A stretch of 17,224 bases of DNA from Polyangiales bacterium (GTDB taxonomy: Bacteria; Myxococcota_A; Polyangia; Polyangiales; Houyiibacteriaceae). The DNA is taken from the NCBI GenBank assembly GCA_045106895.1, contig JBGCFM010000051.1, positions 1 through 17,224 on the forward strand. Direction: 5' to 3'. The notes beneath the pieces were generated by a model. That model did not search any database. It was not told the origin of the DNA and was given only the letters and a program-made list of their open reading frames with translations. Of the stretch, positions 15,067 to 17,224 are shown one piece after another (position 1 is the stretch's first letter; every line of letters begins with the position of its first letter). The translations under genes and the position numbers were made by a program.

Positions 15067-17112
15067 TCACAGTGCTCGGGAGACGGCGGTGGGGGATTCA
15101 CAGGCGAGGACGAAAGAGTCTTGTCGGGCACGCGCTGCACTTCCGCCCTCGGCTTCCATCACCTCTTCGTAGTGGTCGTCAAGGATGGTGGTGAGCATCG
15201 CGTTCCGCGGATCGCTCGGCGTGATGCCCATGACCTGATGCACCAAGAACGCGATGAGCTCCGGTCGCTCGGTGGGCATCGTCGTCGTCCCAAGGGCGCG
15301 CTCGCCGATGGCCTGACAACCACGCTCCGTCGCCGCGGAGAAGAAGAGCGCCGGTCGGTTCGAAAGAGTGGGACTGCGGTCGCCACGTGGGAAGACCCAG
15401 TCCGGTGCCGCCGCGACGATGTTGACGACGCGTGAGTGAGTGCAGACGCCCGCGCCGAGAGAGAGCTCCAGGCGCACACACATATCGCTCCGCGCCGCGG
15501 TTCCGACGCCGGCGCTTCCCGAGAGGTCCCAGGTCGCCGTGCGCTCCTGGAAGACCACCGCGTTGGACGCGAGCACCTCGCGAAGGAGAACACGGAAGTC
15601 ATAGCCTGAGGCGACGAACGCTTCCGACGCGGCGTCGAGCTCCGCGTCCATCGGAGCGCAGTCGAAACCATTGGCGAGTCGGCAGACCTTCTGCGTCCAC
15701 GCGTCGGCGAGGTCCGGGTGGTCGAAGAGGATATCGGCGAAGAGTTTTACGCCGATACCCTCCACCGCCGAGGGAAGACCGACACCGAACGCTGCGGTCT
15801 CGGGAACAGGCTCGTTGTCAGCCCCGGCGATGCGCTCGGAGCCGAAGGCGGTGTAGGACTGACGGAAGAAGTCGCGCATCGGGTCTAGGCCGCGGTGGCA
15901 GCCCCAGCACGCGGTGGTTGGGTCGGCATGTTCCTCGTCGGGCTCAGAGCTGTCGGCGATGGAGGAGATCGCGTCCGGGTTAAAGTTCTTTCCGAGGGCC
16001 ACGATGATGGCTTGGTTCGCCGTCACGCGATGTTCATTGCCATCGTTGGTGAGCCAGAACCCTTGAAAACCAACGTCGCCGTGGAAGCCGTAGTGTTCGG
16101 TTCCGAGGCGTAAGGTGTCCGTCGCTCGAAGCTCGTCCATCGCAAAGAAGAGGGTTCGCTCGTTGATGTCCGACGTGGGCACGATACGCACCGGGCGCAT
16201 TTCAAAGTCCGCTTCGGTGAAGTGGTCGAGCTCGATGATGCATTGGGCGATGGGGCGCCCGAAGAGCATGCCGAGGATGACCTCCGGGACGTCGTTCCGG
16301 TTTTCGTAGCCCGTCGCGAGTCGCTCTGCGCACGCCATCTGCGTCGCGTTGTTTCCGGTCCAGGCACGTGTGTAGCTAAACTGCATGAAGTTCGCGTGGG
16401 ACGGATCCAACGACTCCTCGAGAGGAATGCCCGAGTCTTCGGTGAAAGCAGGGTGAATGCCGGGGAAGCGCGTGCGAATATACGACTCGTCACGAACACC
16501 ATGGTCGTCGCGCGGGTTCGCGTCGGCGTAGGCGATGAGCATCATCATCGGCACGTTCATCATGTACGTGTCCGTGTTCATCGTTTCGCGGAAGTCACCG
16601 CCGCTGGAGACGATGTCCCAGACCGTCGATGGCCACGCTTCGCGGATCGACTCCGAGATTCGCGCGCCGCGCCGGTCGAAATCACGAAAAGGGTTTCCGC
16701 CTCGGCGAACGCCGGCGTAGTCCTTGAGGAGAAGCGTGTCGACGTTCGTCTGAAAGAGCAGACGCACCATCGACTTGAACTGGCGCTCAAACTCCGGCGT
16801 CGTCATCCAGCCATCGATCATGCCCCGGAGAGTCGTCTCGTCAGCGTCGTAGGCAGCGAACTCTTCATCCGTCGGGGCGAGCCCCGTCAGGATATACTTG
16901 ACCTTGCTCAGCGCCGACCCCGTCGGGAGCGGATCGAAGGGGATCGGCGCCGCCGCGTCAAAAGGAGGCGGTGGCGGCCCCCCGTCAAAGTTGGGCCCGC
17001 CGTCAAAGTTCGGGCCTCCATCAAACTCCGGCCCGACGTCGAGTTCGGGTTCCGAGATCGTGCCGTTGCAGGCGACGGCGCCCACAAAACAAAGAAGAAT
17101 GAGACGGCGCAT
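15067..17112 (-). CDS. Large lipoprotein with single CxxCH motif (DUF1549/DUF1553/DUF1588-like, putative c-type cytochrome)
   Basis: 681 aa. Lipobox AVAC, KVK..LTGLAPT..E, and HADPTTACWGCHRGLDP (CxxCH at 15895-15909). Directly upstream of the DUF1501-like gene. Confidence 0.75.
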   Translation of the reverse strand: MRRLILLCFVGAVACNGTISEPELDVGPEFDGGPNFDGGPNFDGGPPPPPFDAAAPIPFDPLPTGSALSKVKYILTGLAPTDEEFAAYDADETTLRGMIDGWMTTPEFERQFKSMVRLLFQTNVDTLLLKDYAGVRRGGNPFRDFDRRGARISESIREAWPSTVWDIVSSGGDFRETMNTDTYMMNVPMMMLIAYADANPRDDHGVRDESYIRTRFPGIHPAFTEDSGIPLEESLDPSHANFMQFSYTRAWTGNNATQMACAERLATGYENRNDVPEVILGMLFGRPIAQCIIELDHFTEADFEMRPVRIVPTSDINERTLFFAMDELRATDTLRLGTEHYGFHGDVGFQGFWLTNDGNEHRVTANQAIIVALGKNFNPDAISSIADSSEPDEEHADPTTACWGCHRGLDPMRDFFRQSYTAFGSERIAGADNEPVPETAAFGVGLPSAVEGIGVKLFADILFDHPDLADAWTQKVCRLANGFDCAPMDAELDAASEAFVASGYDFRVLLREVLASNAVVFQERTATWDLSGSAGVGTAARSDMCVRLELSLGAGVCTHSRVVNIVAAAPDWVFPRGDRSPTLSNRPALFFSAATERGCQAIGERALGTTTMPTERPELIAFLVHQVMGITPSDPRNAMLTTILDDHYEEVMEAEGGSAARARQDSFVLACESPTAVSRAL
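16978..17031. repeat. Three imperfect 18-bp tandem units in the lipoprotein linker
   Basis: Encodes PEFDGG-PNFDGG-PNFDGG, followed by PPPPPFDAA. Confidence 0.85.
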
Positions 17113-17118
17113 TCGCTA

Positions 17119-17127
17119 AGTTTAGCA
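17119..17127 (-). promoter_or_regulatory. Extended -10 element, probable leaderless promoter of the CxxCH lipoprotein operon
   Basis: Minus strand reads TGC-TAAACT-tagcga-ATG, with no Shine-Dalgarno. Confidence 0.5.
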
Positions 17128-17224
17128 CTAAGGGTGTGCTCACTGGTATCGAAGGGCCGACTTCTGAGCTACTCTAGTTGGATGAGGCAGACCCCACTTC
17201 TCTTGCTCATGTTCTCTCTCGCCT

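Noticed and set aside
17169..17224. Short minus-strand frame (MSKRSGVCLIQLE*) at the window edge
   Set aside because: Too short to judge; it may be the tail of a gene outside the window.

Overview
GC-rich bacterial genomic DNA, probably myxobacterial (Polyangia/Sandaracinaceae-like). This placement is an inference from gene content: a PEGA-type Ser/Thr kinase, Cys-rich lipoproteins, a DUF2378-like protein and a CxxCH/DUF1501-like pair. Left part: a partial AI-2E transporter (-), a DUF2378/V4R-like protein (+), a type 1 glutamine amidotransferase (+), and a small plus a multi-TM membrane protein (-). About 3.07-6.2 kb is a mosaic accessory patch. It holds intact tetR, SnoaL-like and SGNH-lipoprotein genes separated by decayed gene shards: a frameshifted KAP-NTPase (QatA-like) fragment, two other coding remnants and a truncated lipoprotein start. 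A shared palindromic operator lies upstream of tetR and the SnoaL gene. An SDR follows (+). The rest is a long minus-strand run, in transcription order: CxxCH lipoprotein, Tat-exported DUF1501-like protein, QEGLA/DUF1704 metallopeptidase, SAM methyltransferase, then a kinase / Cys-rich BMP lipoprotein / TPR protein module. That module has no ABC transporter genes nearby and is the best candidate for an undescribed system (a ligand-sensing envelope signalling unit). I saw no rRNA, tRNA, CRISPR array or intact mobile element. All family calls come from motif recognition, not database searches.
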